64,000 nucleotides of DNA from an uncultured Candidatus Saccharibacteria bacterium (GTDB lineage: Bacteria; Patescibacteriota; Minisyncoccia; UBA6257; 1-14-0-10-44-23), in contig CAZXKC010000002.1 in assembly GCA_964641225.1 (NCBI GenBank), positions 52,893 through 116,892 on the forward strand. Direction: 5' to 3'. Numbering within the stretch: position 1 is the first letter of the stretch; every line of letters starts with the position of its first letter. The notes under the pieces were generated by a model, which saw only the letters and a list, made by a program, of their open reading frames with translations, was not told where the DNA came from and did no database searches. Shown piece after piece: positions 27,869 to 39,500 of this stretch. The translations under genes were made by a program, and so were the position numbers.

Positions 27869-29182
27869 TTATTGCGCGGCTTTACGCTGCATAAGCGTGG
27901 TTATGTTTTCTTCCGCAAGTTTAAGCGCCTGCTCAATTGGCATCTGGGTTGCGTTGATCAGATCGATCATCTTGGTAAAGATGTAGTCAATGCTTGCGTC
28001 ATCAATTTTTGGCCAGCTCTGCGCAGTGAGAGCCTGACGCACAAATACGCCGATTTGCGGGTCGTTAAGGTTTGGCGTGATTAGTTCTCGTAGCGCCGGT
28101 GGGCGGCTAACGGCATTAAGGTATTTTCCGTTTGCCGTCGGCTCGAGGGTTGAATTTAAAATAAATTGCCAGGCAAGATTTGGGTCGGCTGTTTTTGAGG
28201 AGACGGCCAAGCCCCAGTAATTAGCATAGCTGATTGATTTTTTTGCCTGCGAAAACTGAGGAATTGGGATAACGCTGAAGGTTAAAAATGGATTCTTAGC
28301 TTTAATTGAGGGGATTTGATAGGCATAGTTAAAAATCATAGCCACTTTTTCTTCAGTGAAGGCGTCGAGTGAGTAGTGCTGCGCGCTATCCCAGGTATAT
28401 TGCGGCAGACGAGGATTCGCAAAGTCAGTATAAAACTGCACAGAGGCGGCGCCATTGGTTGCAGTTGCGAAGGTGGCTCGTGTTATTTGCGGACTGACCA
28501 TTTGTACGCCAAGTTGTAGCATGATTGCATTAAGCAGATCAGTGGCTTCATTGATATTGTTTGAACTGCCGCCAATAGCCGCCGCGGCTTGAGTGATCCG
28601 GCCCAGATTATCAGTCTTGCGCAGCTGCGGGATCATGTTTAAGAACTGCTCCCAGGTTGTAGGTGGCTGAGCAATGCCTGCCGCATCAAACATTTTTTGG
28701 TTATAAAACAGCGACAGTGTATCGATATATAACGGCAGTGCGTATGTTTGCCCGCCGGTCGTAAAGTCTTGCTCTACAATAGAAGGAAAGGCCGCACGTA
28801 ATGTTTCAATTGGGAAGTCTTTAGTCGGAAGCGGGACAACTTTGTCGTTGTGTTTAAGCAGCCAGCTGTTTTTAAACATAAAGACGTCCGGACCACTTCC
28901 TGCAGCAAGCGCATTAATTAAATCTTGTTCGTAGGTCCGGTCATCTATTTTTCGGTAGGTAATTTTTACCTGTGGATTTTTGGCAATAAAGTCGGCTATC
29001 AGCGTGCTGTTAACGGCCTGTTCAGTATCAAATACTCCCCACACGGTTAGGTTGCCTTTGAGGGTGCTGATGTTCTGCGTACTGCGTAAGCCCGGAATAA
29101 CACCTGTAAAAAGTAAAATAACTACGAGCGCAATTAGGAGAACGCCCCCAATTAAGATGAGTTGAGTTTTAGAAAATTGCAT
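27869..29182 (-). CDS. Extracellular solute-binding protein (sugar ABC type)
   Basis: LTVWG, GPDVF, YALPLYIDTLSLFYN, PPTTWE. Confidence 0.88.
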   Translation of the reverse strand: MQFSKTQLILIGGVLLIALVVILLFTGVIPGLRSTQNISTLKGNLTVWGVFDTEQAVNSTLIADFIAKNPQVKITYRKIDDRTYEQDLINALAAGSGPDVFMFKNSWLLKHNDKVVPLPTKDFPIETLRAAFPSIVEQDFTTGGQTYALPLYIDTLSLFYNQKMFDAAGIAQPPTTWEQFLNMIPQLRKTDNLGRITQAAAAIGGSSNNINEATDLLNAIMLQLGVQMVSPQITRATFATATNGAASVQFYTDFANPRLPQYTWDSAQHYSLDAFTEEKVAMIFNYAYQIPSIKAKNPFLTFSVIPIPQFSQAKKSISYANYWGLAVSSKTADPNLAWQFILNSTLEPTANGKYLNAVSRPPALRELITPNLNDPQIGVFVRQALTAQSWPKIDDASIDYIFTKMIDLINATQMPIEQALKLAEENITTLMQRKAAQ

Positions 29183-29321
29183 GAAAATTTACAAATAAAT
29201 TCTCACCCCATGACATAGCCCGCACGGGCTTATCTTTTCGGGGTAACTCAATTTATTGTAGCACAATCTCAGTTAGATAGGCTTCGCCATCTAACGGGAT
29301 GAACGGCAGTAATTCTTCTGC

Positions 29322-31796
29322 TCAGAAGCAGATAATTCCGATGACCTGGTCGCCCTTCTCAACATTCATGATGCGTACGCCTTGTGTTGCGCGCGAGGCC
29401 GTTCTAATCGAGGCGATTTCAGTGCGGATAACCTGGCCTTTTGCTGAAAGCGCAATTAATTCTTTTTCCGCCGATACAACGCGCGCATCCATAACCGGAC
29501 CGGTTTTTGTAGTCACTTCAGCCGTCTTAATACCTGATCCACCGCGGCTTTGCAGGCGATATTGTCCAAGTGCTGTTTGTTTCCCGTAGCCATTAGACAT
29601 AACTACGAGTAGACGATGATCTTTTGAGTCAGTTTTAGTGATCAAATTCATCGAACTGACAAAATCCTTTCCTTTGAGTTTGATGGCAGTAACACCCGAG
29701 GCGGTGCGACCCATTGCGCGAACTTGTTTTTCAGGGAAGCGAATAGACTGGCCGTCGTGCGTGGTGATAATTACTTCATCGCTGCCACCCGAAAGATTGA
29801 CCCATTTGAGTTCGTCTTCTTTGCGCAGGCCGATTGCGATAATGCCTGATTTACGGACGTTCTGGAAGTCAGCCAAGGCTGTTTTTTTGATCATGCCTTT
29901 GACTGTTGCCATCATCAAGAACTGATTTGCCAGATCTTTTTCTTTGACTGTATTCGGGTAGGTGATGATTGCATTAACGCGTTCCTCAAGCGGCATTTCT
30001 AAGAAGTTGTGAACAGGCTTGCCCTTGCTTTGGCGGCTAGCAGCAGGAAGTTCCCAAACCTTTGTTTGGAAGACGCGGCCGCGATCAGTGAAGAATAAGA
30101 TATTGTCGTGCGTGTGGGCAAAGGAAATGTGAGCGATAAAGTCGTCGTCGGCAACATCAGAGCCGATTAGGCCCTTGCCGCCGCGATTTTGTACTTTAAA
30201 GCTGCCTGGCGGAACGCGCTTAATATAGCCGCTCTGCGAAAGAGTAATGATTGTTTCTTCGTTGGCGATCAAGTCTTCTTCGGCAAAATCTTTGATGCCG
30301 CCGGCAACCAGCCGAGTGCGTCGTTCATCGCCAAAGCGCTCTTTAACCTCCTTAAGTTCAGTTTTAATCACCGTGAGAATTTTTGCCGCACTTTTGAGGA
30401 GCGATTCAAGGTCTTCAATGAGCGCTCGCTTTTCTTTGAGCTCGTTTTCGATTTTATAACGCTCGAGGCTAGCCAGCGTTGCCAGCTTGGTGTCCAAAAT
30501 TGCCGTTGCCTGTAAGTCGCTAAACTTAAACTGCTTCATCAAATTCGTGTGTGCCTCTTCGCGATTTTCTGCTTTGCGGATTAGCGCGATAATCTTGTCG
30601 ATATTTGAAAGCGCCTTTTCAAGACCTTCTAAAATATGTTCACGCTCTTTGGCTTTTTTCAGATCAAATTCTGCGCGGCGTTTAACGACGAGTTTGCGGT
30701 GTTCGATAAAGGCAACCAGCATGTCTTTAAGCGACATGACTTGAGGCTGTAGTCCGCCGTCGCCGAGGGCCACCATGTTCACTGCAAAGTTTTTCTGCAG
30801 ATCAGTGTACTCAAAGAGCTGGTTTAAGATTTTTTGCGGGTTGGCATCATTTTTTAATTCAATAACGATCGACATACCATGCTTGTCGCTCTCGTCGCGG
30901 ATGTCCCGCACGCCTTCAATTTTTTTGTCGGTGACCAGTTCAGCCATGCGCATCAGCAACTCTGATTTATTCACCTGATACGGAATCTCGGTGATTTCAA
31001 TGTCGTAGCCCTTGCCGCCTTTGCGTTCTTTGATTTCTGCCACGCCGCGCATAGTAATCGGACCCTTGCCGGTTGTGTAGGCTTGCAAAATGTCTTTTTT
31101 GTTGTAAATTACGCCGCCGGTCGGGAAGTCTGGGCCTTTTACGAATTCAACTAGTTCTTCCGTGGTTGCCTTTGGGTTATCGGCTAGATGCAGTGTCGCG
31201 TCTACGACCTCAGTCAAGTTGTGCGGCGGAATGTTTGTCGCCATACCAACGGCGATACCGGCTGTACCGTTGAGCAGCAGGCTTGGTAATTTCGTCGGCA
31301 AAAATTTTGGCTCCTGTTTCGTGCCCGAATAGTTTGGCGCCCAATCGACTGTTTCTTTATCGATGTCACCTAGGAGCGCCTCTGAGACACGCGCAAGTTT
31401 TGTTTCGGTGTAACGATATGCAGCCGCCTCATCGCCGTCGATAGAACCCCAGTTGCCCTGGCCAATACACAGCGGGTAGCGGAACGAGAAGTCTTGCACC
31501 ATGCGGACAATCGTCTGGTAAATCGAGGAGTCTCCGTGCGGGTGATATTTACCCATGACCTCACCGACGATGTCGGCTGATTTTCGAAATTTTGCATCAG
31601 CAGTTACCCCCGAGTCCCACATGCCCCAGAGAATACGGCGTTGCACCGGCTTTAATCCGTCGCGTACATCCGGAAGTGCACGGGCGACAATAACGCTCAT
31701 CGCATAATCTAAATACGATTCCTTGAGTTCCTCGGTAATCTCGCGCGGCTCTATGTCTTTGGGCTGCTTTGGTTTTGTTTCTTCTGTGTCGGCCAT
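29322..31796 (-). CDS. gyrA: DNA gyrase subunit A
   Basis: [28 protein letters not shown], GyrA-box QNRGGKG. Confidence 0.98.
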   Translation of the reverse strand: MADTEETKPKQPKDIEPREITEELKESYLDYAMSVIVARALPDVRDGLKPVQRRILWGMWDSGVTADAKFRKSADIVGEVMGKYHPHGDSSIYQTIVRMVQDFSFRYPLCIGQGNWGSIDGDEAAAYRYTETKLARVSEALLGDIDKETVDWAPNYSGTKQEPKFLPTKLPSLLLNGTAGIAVGMATNIPPHNLTEVVDATLHLADNPKATTEELVEFVKGPDFPTGGVIYNKKDILQAYTTGKGPITMRGVAEIKERKGGKGYDIEITEIPYQVNKSELLMRMAELVTDKKIEGVRDIRDESDKHGMSIVIELKNDANPQKILNQLFEYTDLQKNFAVNMVALGDGGLQPQVMSLKDMLVAFIEHRKLVVKRRAEFDLKKAKEREHILEGLEKALSNIDKIIALIRKAENREEAHTNLMKQFKFSDLQATAILDTKLATLASLERYKIENELKEKRALIEDLESLLKSAAKILTVIKTELKEVKERFGDERRTRLVAGGIKDFAEEDLIANEETIITLSQSGYIKRVPPGSFKVQNRGGKGLIGSDVADDDFIAHISFAHTHDNILFFTDRGRVFQTKVWELPAASRQSKGKPVHNFLEMPLEERVNAIITYPNTVKEKDLANQFLMMATVKGMIKKTALADFQNVRKSGIIAIGLRKEDELKWVNLSGGSDEVIITTHDGQSIRFPEKQVRAMGRTASGVTAIKLKGKDFVSSMNLITKTDSKDHRLLVVMSNGYGKQTALGQYRLQSRGGSGIKTAEVTTKTGPVMDARVVSAEKELIALSAKGQVIRTEIASIRTASRATQGVRIMNVEKGDQVIGIICF

Positions 31797-31802
31797 ATTG
31801 GT

Positions 31803-32114
31803 TTATTGACTAGTTGAGGTGGTGGTCGTTGGCGTCAGTTCTAATGGTGGCTGCGAGGTTTTTTCTTTAAAGTAGTGAATCGTGTTGCTAATTCCATTTT
31901 TAAAATCCGAGAATCCTTGTTTGAAAGTGGTGCTAATCGAGGAGAACATCATGCTGCTACTTGATTCCTGCGGTGCTGCTACGCTCGAGGTAATATGTTT
32001 AATGCCTCCTATCCATATAATGAGTACGAAGACGCCTGATAGGGAGGATAAGATGATCAGCCAGCGCACCCGCGTTTTCCGATCAGCCTGTTGAATGGTA
32101 TCAAGTGAGAGCAT
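31803..32114 (-). CDS. Small single-TM protein
   Basis: Operonic spacing; one TM. Confidence 0.65.
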   Translation of the reverse strand: MLSLDTIQQADRKTRVRWLIILSSLSGVFVLIIWIGGIKHITSSVAAPQESSSSMMFSSISTTFKQGFSDFKNGISNTIHYFKEKTSQPPLELTPTTTTSTSQ

Positions 32115-32119
32115 GGCTA

Positions 32120-32755
32120 TTAGAGTGTAAGAAGTGCAACCTGCATTTTTTCTCCGAGCTCCTTCTTTTTAATTGAAACTTTTTCTACCGGCTCGCTCTT
32201 GAGGCCAAGTTGCTTGAGAAAGTCCGCCGCATCATCGCTTTTTCGTTTTAGTCCGGCTACCTTAAAGAATGAGGGGATTACGAGTCGCGGATCAATTTGA
32301 CGTATTAATTTTGCCGCCGCCTCTTGGGTGATATATGGAGCGCCGCCGCCGGGCACAATTAAAATATCAATATCGCCAAGCTCTTCGAGAATCTCCGGAT
32401 CATTGAATTCTGCGAGATGACCAAGTAGTCCTACCGAAAGATCATCGGTTTTGATTTTAAATACGGAGCGCAGCATCTCTTTATCGCTGCCTCCTTTGAG
32501 CGGCCAGCCCGTAATTTGAATCCCTTTTACCTCGTATTCGCCCGGACCGGCGATTACAACAGCGCCATCGTCGTCGTGCGTCCCAACAGGCTTTTCGTCT
32601 TCCGGCGAAATCGGATTTAGCAGAGTCTTGAGGACAATATCTGTTTTAAAACGCGGCGCAGAAAGACCGGTGTAGTTTTCGATCGGATCGGTCGTGATCG
32701 TTACGCCATTTTCAACAATTTTAAAGCACCCCTCGCCGTACCAGTTTATGGTCAT
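32120..32755 (-). CDS. MBL-fold protein (Lactamase_B_3-like) with degenerate metal motif
   Basis: INWYGEGCFKI, TDP, GPGEYEVKG, IDILIVPGGG. Confidence 0.8.
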   Translation of the reverse strand: MTINWYGEGCFKIVENGVTITTDPIENYTGLSAPRFKTDIVLKTLLNPISPEDEKPVGTHDDDGAVVIAGPGEYEVKGIQITGWPLKGGSDKEMLRSVFKIKTDDLSVGLLGHLAEFNDPEILEELGDIDILIVPGGGAPYITQEAAAKLIRQIDPRLVIPSFFKVAGLKRKSDDAADFLKQLGLKSEPVEKVSIKKKELGEKMQVALLTL

Positions 32756-33008
32756 AGTAGACAGTAGTTAGTAGTATAGTAGTCAGCAGATGCAAAAACA
32801 ATGAATCTATTTTAGCAAAAAAAGACGAAAGGCGCAACTTTATTTTTTGACCGGCAGTGAAAATGTGAGCATGATTTTTACGTAGAAAAATCGTTTTTTT
32901 GCTCAGCTTTTCTTATTTATCGACGATACCCGATTTTGACAAAATATATCACTTATGATATATTATTTTCCACTCTGCGCCATGGTGGCGTTGAGTAGGG
33001 AGGTTTTC

Positions 33009-33332
33009 GTGAAAGATCGAAGGGTATGGATTGAGTTGGTCATTCTGGTCGCATGCATCGTCGTTCTGGTGGCCGTGCCGGAGCTGATCAGGTTCCGCCT
33101 ACCGCTGGTATCGGCGGCGCTGGTTGTGGCGCTGATTGTCGGCGTCTACCGGTGTCTCTTCAAGCAGCCGTCCTGTGCGATGCGCGAGCAGACGGCTCGG
33201 TTCGCACGGGGAGAGCTGGGGCATGAGCATTTCGAACACGCCTCATTCCATCTGGGGAGGTGTCAACGTTGCAGTTCTGATTTCGGCGAGATCTCCAAGG
33301 AGAAGATGCACTTCGAAGGGAGTGCATCATGA
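33009..33332 (+). CDS. Two-TM protein with a C-terminal HxxxCxxC (zf-HC2/ZAS-like) motif
   Basis: GGGAGG SD before GTG; C...HLGRCQRC. Confidence 0.6.
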   Translation: MKDRRVWIELVILVACIVVLVAVPELIRFRLPLVSAALVVALIVGVYRCLFKQPSCAMREQTARFARGELGHEHFEHASFHLGRCQRCSSDFGEISKEKMHFEGSAS

Positions 33333-33742
33333 AGGCGAGCTTGAATCTGTGCACAGTACTGCTTCTGGTGGGCGTGGCAGGTGGGTATGCCATGGGCAGC
33401 CACGACTTCACCCCGCCGGACGCTCAGGCAACGATCACCTCGTTGACTGCCGATCTCAAGGTGCAGAAGGAGCAGGTCGCGTCGCTCACCGCACTGCTGG
33501 CGACCTACCGGAGTCGCGTTGGCTACCTGTGCATCTCGCTCAAGTCGGTTCCTCCGGGGATGAACAAGCTCGATGTCTCTCCCAGGGGTATCTTCGCGGT
33601 CTGCACGCAGGCTCTCGAAGAGACGCGTGAGCCGCGGGCCAAAACCATCGACGTTCTCGAGGTTGACCCCGAAGGCAAGCTCATCGGCATCTATGTGCCG
33701 GGCATGCAGGCGGTGATGATCGGTATACCACCCGGGAAGTAA
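33329..33742 (+). CDS. Hypothetical exported protein
   Basis: ATGA overlap with the upstream gene; signal peptide; short coiled coil. Confidence 0.65.
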   Translation: MKASLNLCTVLLLVGVAGGYAMGSHDFTPPDAQATITSLTADLKVQKEQVASLTALLATYRSRVGYLCISLKSVPPGMNKLDVSPRGIFAVCTQALEETREPRAKTIDVLEVDPEGKLIGIYVPGMQAVMIGIPPGK

Positions 33743-33915
33743 GGAAGGAGTGATTATGCAGCATGATATCTCGTGAATTGTGCGACACGATGCAGTGAGT
33801 TCGCACGCAGCACTGTAGGGCCGTCCAAAAGACGGCCTTCAGTATTTTTATACGATGTATTTGAGGAGGTGTTTTGTACCCCTTGACAATAATTTAAAAG
33901 GGTGCTATGATGTAA

Positions 33916-34212
33916 TTACATCGCTTTGCCAGGCGATTGATCGCGTGTCCGTGTGGACACGTATTCGTATTCGGCAGGTGATATCCTCAAGAGGAGGAAG
34001 CCCATGAGGACGCATTCGTTGTCTCCGCCGTGCTCGCGCACGGACATGTTCCTCGAACTCTGAACGACGCCGGCGCCACGACCACGTTTCCATCGCGATT
34101 CTGAACAGGCTTCGAGCGTTCGCTCGATCGCTTCCTGGAAGGGTCCAAGATGGAACGCCACCAGTGCCATGGTGCACAAAAGAGAAGGGAGAAGACACGT
34201 GATCCATCGCAT
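33916..34212 (-). CDS. Hypothetical small exported protein
   Basis: Hydrophobic N-terminus; competes with overlapping ORFs. Confidence 0.4.
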   Translation of the reverse strand: MRWITCLLPSLLCTMALVAFHLGPFQEAIERTLEACSESRWKRGRGAGVVQSSRNMSVREHGGDNECVLMGFLLLRISPAEYEYVSTRTRDQSPGKAM

Positions 34213-34473
34213 GCATCTGTTCTAGATGAGCGTCGTGCAACAAGCACGACGCGCCAGGCTCCAACATCCCAGAGGGGAAGAATCATGCGTGCGCAGGGCA
34301 AGTGATCTGAGCACCGATTAGCAGGAGGGGCTTGCCAAAGATTATGCCGAAAGGTGTAATCCCGGTTGTTTCGGAAATGTCCTGCTTTAAAGGTTTTATC
34401 AGGCCGCACTGCGCCCGGAAACTCTACGAGAGTCTCCGGGCGCAGCTACTTTTGGAATTAGAAAAAACCGCCC

Positions 34474-36222
34474 TTAGGCGGTTTTTTCGTTGATCTCCAT
34501 TTTCAGGCGCTTAACCAGATCCTGCACAGAAAGTTTTCCTAAATCTTCAGCGCGGCGTTTGGCCGCAACTGTCTTTGCATTCATTTCTTCTTCGCCAACA
34601 ACCAGTGCATACGGAATTTTTTCCATTTGCGCGGCACGAATTCGTTTACCAAGAGTTTCAGATGCATCTGCGAGCTCGGCGCGAATGCCGGCGGCTTTTA
34701 ATTCTTTTAGAACCTGTTCTCCATAGCTTTGGAATTTTTCTGACACGGCGATAATGCGCGCCTGTACGGGGGCAAGCCAGAGAGGGAAGTGCCCGGCGTA
34801 ATGTTCGATAAGAATCGCCATAAAGCGTTCGAGTGAGCCGGAGATCGCGCGGTGGACCATGACGGGGCGCTGCTTGGTTCCATCGGCGGCGGTATATTCT
34901 AATTCAAATCGTTCCGGCTGATTAAAATCAAGTTGCGCGGTTGCTAATTGCCACTCGCGTCCAATCGCATCTTTAGCCATGAAGTCAATTTTTGGTCCAT
35001 AGAAAGCAGCCTCTCCGACTCCGAGTTCGTATTCTTTTCCGAGTGACTTAAGAACATCTTTCAGAGCATCAACAGATTTTTCCCACATCGCCTGAGTACC
35101 CAAATATTTTTCCGGTTTTGCCGGATCATTGACCGACAGGCGAATGCGCAGCGGCATGTTAAAGGCGTTGTAAAAAGCCGTGATTGTATCGTGAATTGCT
35201 TTGACCTCGTGTTTAACCTGATCCATGGTGCAGAAAATATGCGCGTCGTCTTGAGTAATCGAACGCACGCGAGAAAGCCCGGCGAGTTGACCGGTGTTTT
35301 CATCGCGGTAGACGGTGGTTACCTCAGAGTAGCGAATAGGTAGATCGCGATAGCTGCGCGGTTTTGAGGCATAAATTTGCGTGTGATGCGGGCAGTTCAT
35401 CGGCTTCATGATAAATGCATCCTCGCTTTTTTTACTGGTGACGTGGAAAATATCATCGGCAAATTTATCGTAATGGCCGGAGGCTTTGTAGAGATCGGCT
35501 TTAGCCATGTGCGGAATAGTCACGCGCTGGTAGCCATGTGGCTCCATCAAACCCCAGACAAATTCCTGCAGTAGTTGACGCAGTAGTGTTCCGCGCGGCG
35601 TAAACATCGGCAGGCCTGAGCCAACGAGCGGGGAGAAGGTGAACAAATCTAATTCTTGACCTAGCTTTCTGTGATCGCGTTTTTCCGCCTCGGCTATCAT
35701 GGTCAGATATGCATCAAGGTCGGCCTTGGTTGCAAATGCTACGCCGTAAATACGGGTGAGTTGCGCATTTTTTTCATCACCGCGCCAATAGGCGCCGGCG
35801 AGTTTGGTGAGCTTAAACGAATCCGGATCAATCTCTGAGGTATTTTCAATGTGGCCGCCGCGGCAGAGATCTTCAAAGATCTCGCCGGTTTTGTAGCTGG
35901 TTAACGTACGCCCTTCCTTTGTATATTCTTCAATTAAATCGAGCTTAAATGGCTGCTGCGCATATTTTCTACGTAACTCATCGGCATTCATCTCGGTTCC
36001 GGAAAAGGCAATCTTGCCGCCGACAAACTTTTTCATCTGCTTCTCTAAGTCTTTCAGGTCAGCGTCGCTGATCGGCTGGGCAAATTGGAAATCATAATAA
36101 AATCCGTTTTCGATCACAGGGCCGATACCGAGCTTGGTGTCGGGCCATTTTTTTAACACCGCTGCAGCGAGCAGATGGGCGAGTGAGTGGCGAATATTGT
36201 CGAGATTGTGTTCGGAGTGCAT
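34474..36222 (-). CDS. thrS: Threonine--tRNA ligase (no TGS domain)
   Basis: RHSLAHLLA, DLCRGGH, RDHRKLG, KPMNCP, AFYGPKID. Confidence 0.98.
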   Translation of the reverse strand: MHSEHNLDNIRHSLAHLLAAAVLKKWPDTKLGIGPVIENGFYYDFQFAQPISDADLKDLEKQMKKFVGGKIAFSGTEMNADELRRKYAQQPFKLDLIEEYTKEGRTLTSYKTGEIFEDLCRGGHIENTSEIDPDSFKLTKLAGAYWRGDEKNAQLTRIYGVAFATKADLDAYLTMIAEAEKRDHRKLGQELDLFTFSPLVGSGLPMFTPRGTLLRQLLQEFVWGLMEPHGYQRVTIPHMAKADLYKASGHYDKFADDIFHVTSKKSEDAFIMKPMNCPHHTQIYASKPRSYRDLPIRYSEVTTVYRDENTGQLAGLSRVRSITQDDAHIFCTMDQVKHEVKAIHDTITAFYNAFNMPLRIRLSVNDPAKPEKYLGTQAMWEKSVDALKDVLKSLGKEYELGVGEAAFYGPKIDFMAKDAIGREWQLATAQLDFNQPERFELEYTAADGTKQRPVMVHRAISGSLERFMAILIEHYAGHFPLWLAPVQARIIAVSEKFQSYGEQVLKELKAAGIRAELADASETLGKRIRAAQMEKIPYALVVGEEEMNAKTVAAKRRAEDLGKLSVQDLVKRLKMEINEKTA

Positions 36223-36355
36223 AAACGTAAGTGTAGCGGGAAATACGGGCTATTTCAATGCGGCGATGAGCATGCAGCGTTTTATAAGTTCCTTGTTATT
36301 GAGTTCGTCCCATGCTGTGAAAGGTCGAAGCGTATTAATATCTTAATCACACTAC

Positions 36356-36484
36356 ATGGCAACACAAGCGCAGCGAGAGGCGGCGCGTCGCAATATAAAG
36401 AAGGCTCAGGCGGCTCGCCGCCGAGGTGGATCACAGAATAATCGGAATACTGGTACTAATAGTCGTAGAAATGATGATATGTAA
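36356..36484 (+). CDS. Small basic protein (42 aa, not in ORF track)
   Basis: MATQAQREAARRNIKKAQAARRRGG...; terminator at 36494-36529. Confidence 0.65.
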   Translation: MATQAQREAARRNIKKAQAARRRGGSQNNRNTGTNSRRNDDM

Positions 36485-36530
36485 TATCACATAACGAAAA
36501 CAGCCCTGCAGAGATGGGCTGTTTTCGTTA

Positions 36531-39500
36531 TTAGGCAATTTCTTTTACCTGATCGCAGACCAGTGAGGTCTCGCCATTCCTAAAGTTGAGTTTGCCGATA
36601 CATACAATAATTGCACCCTCTTTAAAGCAGGTTTGATTCTTCGTAAATATTTCTGAGAAGACGACCACCTCAACCGTACCTGAGTGGTCCTCGAGTTTTG
36701 CAAAACACATCGGCTTACCGGTTTTGGTAATAATCGATTTTACGGAATTGATCATGCCGCAGACGCGATAATTTTTAACCGTTGAGCGCTCAACGAGCAT
36801 GTCTTTAATCTTCGTTGGTTTCATTGTTTCAATCTGAGCCGCCGCTACGGTCAGCGGGTGATTGGAGACATAGAGTCCGAGTAATTCTTTTTCCCAGGCT
36901 AATTTTTCTTTATTCGTTGCCTCGGTTGCCGGTTTTAGTTGCAGCGCCTTTGACGCAGCTTTTGAGGTAAACGCATTACCGAATAAGTCGGCGGTTTGCG
37001 GAGCGGCGATTTTACGTGCTGCTTGGGCATATTTTGTGATGTCGTCGATATTAGCGAGCAGGGTATTGCGATCTATCGTAAATCCATCGAGCGCTCCGCA
37101 TTTAATCAGCGACTCAAGCGATTTTTTATTTAAATCTTTGTGTTGTACGCGCGTGAGTAATTCATTGAAGGTTGCAAACTCACCGCCGCGGCTGCGTTCC
37201 TCGATAATTGCTTTAACGATATTGGTGCCAACATTTTTAACCGCCTCAAGACCAAAGCGGACGTTGATTCCTTCTGGTGCAAATGCGGAGGAGCTTTTGT
37301 TGATATCCGGAGGTAAGACCTGCACGCCAGATTTTTTCGCCTCGCTGATCAAGAAAGAGATGCGTTCAATGTCTGAACTTTCTGAATTGAGCAGTGCGGT
37401 TATAAATTCCGTCGGATAATGCGTCTTTAAGTAGGCCGTTCGGTAGGCGATCATCGCGTAACAGGCGGCGTGAGAGCGGTTAAAACCGTAGCGGGCAAAC
37501 GGCGGGAAGAGTTCCCAGATAATGCGGGCGGTGCGTTCTGGAATTCCATTTTTTACCAAGCCGGCAATTAATTTTGCCTCTTGCTCATCAAGCAGTTTTT
37601 TAATTTTTTTACCGATCGCTTTTCGGAGCGTATCAGCCTCTGCGAGCGAGTAGCCGGCCAAATCTGAGGCAATCCGCATCATCTGCTCTTGGTAAATACC
37701 AATGCCGTAGGTTTTTTTCATGATCGGCTCGAGCTTTGGGTGTTGATAGGTTACCTGCTCTTTGCCGTATTTACGATTAATATACGATGGAATCAGTTCC
37801 ATTGGGCCTGGGCGGTAGAGCGCCACCATCGCGATAATGTCCTCGAGCTCGGTTGGCTTTAACTCCTTTAAATAGCGACGCATGCCGCCGGATTCTAACT
37901 GGAATACACCCACGGTGTCGGCGCGCTGGAACAGCTCAAAGGTTGCCTTGTCGTTAAGCGGCAACTTGCTCATATCAATCAGATCTCCGGTTTTTTCTTG
38001 AACGAGTCGGATCGTGTTTTCGATGATCGTCAGGTTTTTGAGTCCCAAGATATCCATTTTGAGCAGACCAAGATCCTCGATTGCATGCATTTCAAATTGA
38101 GTCAGGGTCACGTTTTCATCTTGCGGCGCATGCTGAAGCGGTACGCGTAGTGGTAGCGGTTGTGCGGCAATCACGGTACCACAGGCGTGGACTGAGGCAT
38201 GGCGTGCAACGCCCTCGAGCTTTCGAGCCGCATCGATTAACTTTTTTGCGCGCTCATCGCTTTTATAAATCTGCGCAAGTTCATCGACTTCGGCGAGTGC
38301 CTCATCTAAATCTTTGTTAAACGGAATTAATTTTGCCAGGCGATCGCAAAATGCTAATTCAATATCGAGTGCGCGGCCGACGTCACGAATCGAAGCGCGC
38401 GCCGCCATAGTTCCAAACGTAATAATATGTGCGACACGATCTTTGCCGTATTTTTCCTCCAGATAACTAAAGACCTCGTCACGGCGGACGTCGGTGATAT
38501 CTACGTCGATATCTGGCATTTGAATACGCTCCGGGTTAAGGAAGCGCTCAAAGAGCAGTTCGTAGTGAATCGGGTCAAGATCGGTGATGCGTAATATGTA
38601 AGAAATAATTGATCCGGCGGCAGAACCACGGCCAGGGCCGACAACGACGCCGCGGTCTTTTGCCCAGTTAATAAAATCTTGGACGATCAAAAAGTAATCG
38701 GCAAAACCGGTTTTTTCGATAATACCCAGCTCATATTCAATACGGGTTTTCGTAATCTCATCGACAACCGGATAGCGGTCAGGCGTGCGTTCTTTAACGA
38801 GCTGACGAAGATATGCCTTAGAATCACTGCCGTCCGGTGTATCAAATTTTGGCAGCAGAATTTTTCCCAGCTCTAGTTTAAAGTTACAGGCCTCGGCGAT
38901 TTTTGCGGTGTTTTGAATTGATTCGGGCAGATCAGAAAACGTGTATTCCATCTGCAGGCCGCTCATCACTGAAAAATCATCGGTGAGCGTGAATTTTTTC
39001 GGATCATTTACTTTTTTGCCGGTCTGAATTGCCAGCAAAATATCGTGCACGTCTTTATCTTCGCTGGTTAAATAATGACTGTCTTGAGTGGCAACCAGGG
39101 GAGCGCCGGTCTTTTTAGAAAGTGCGACGAGGTGCGGATTAATCTTTTCAATATCCGGAATTTTCGGGTGGCGACCGATTTCAATATAATAATTTTCTGC
39201 GCCAAAAATATCCTGATACTCGCGGATAACTTTTTCAGCCTGGACGAGATCGTTTTTGAGTGTGGCCTGTGCTAGCTCGCCGCCCAAACAGGCCGAGGTG
39301 GCTATAAGCCCTTCGTGGTGCTTTCGCAGCATGGCTTTGTCCATACGCGGCTTATAATAGAAGCCGTGCAGCCAGCTTTCGGTAACTAATTGCAGTAGAT
39401 TTTTCCAGCCGGCTTCATTTTTGACTAATAAGATGAGGTGATAGTATCGTTCCTCGCCGTTGGTGCCTGTACTGGTTTTGTCTGTGTGATCGCCCGGCGC

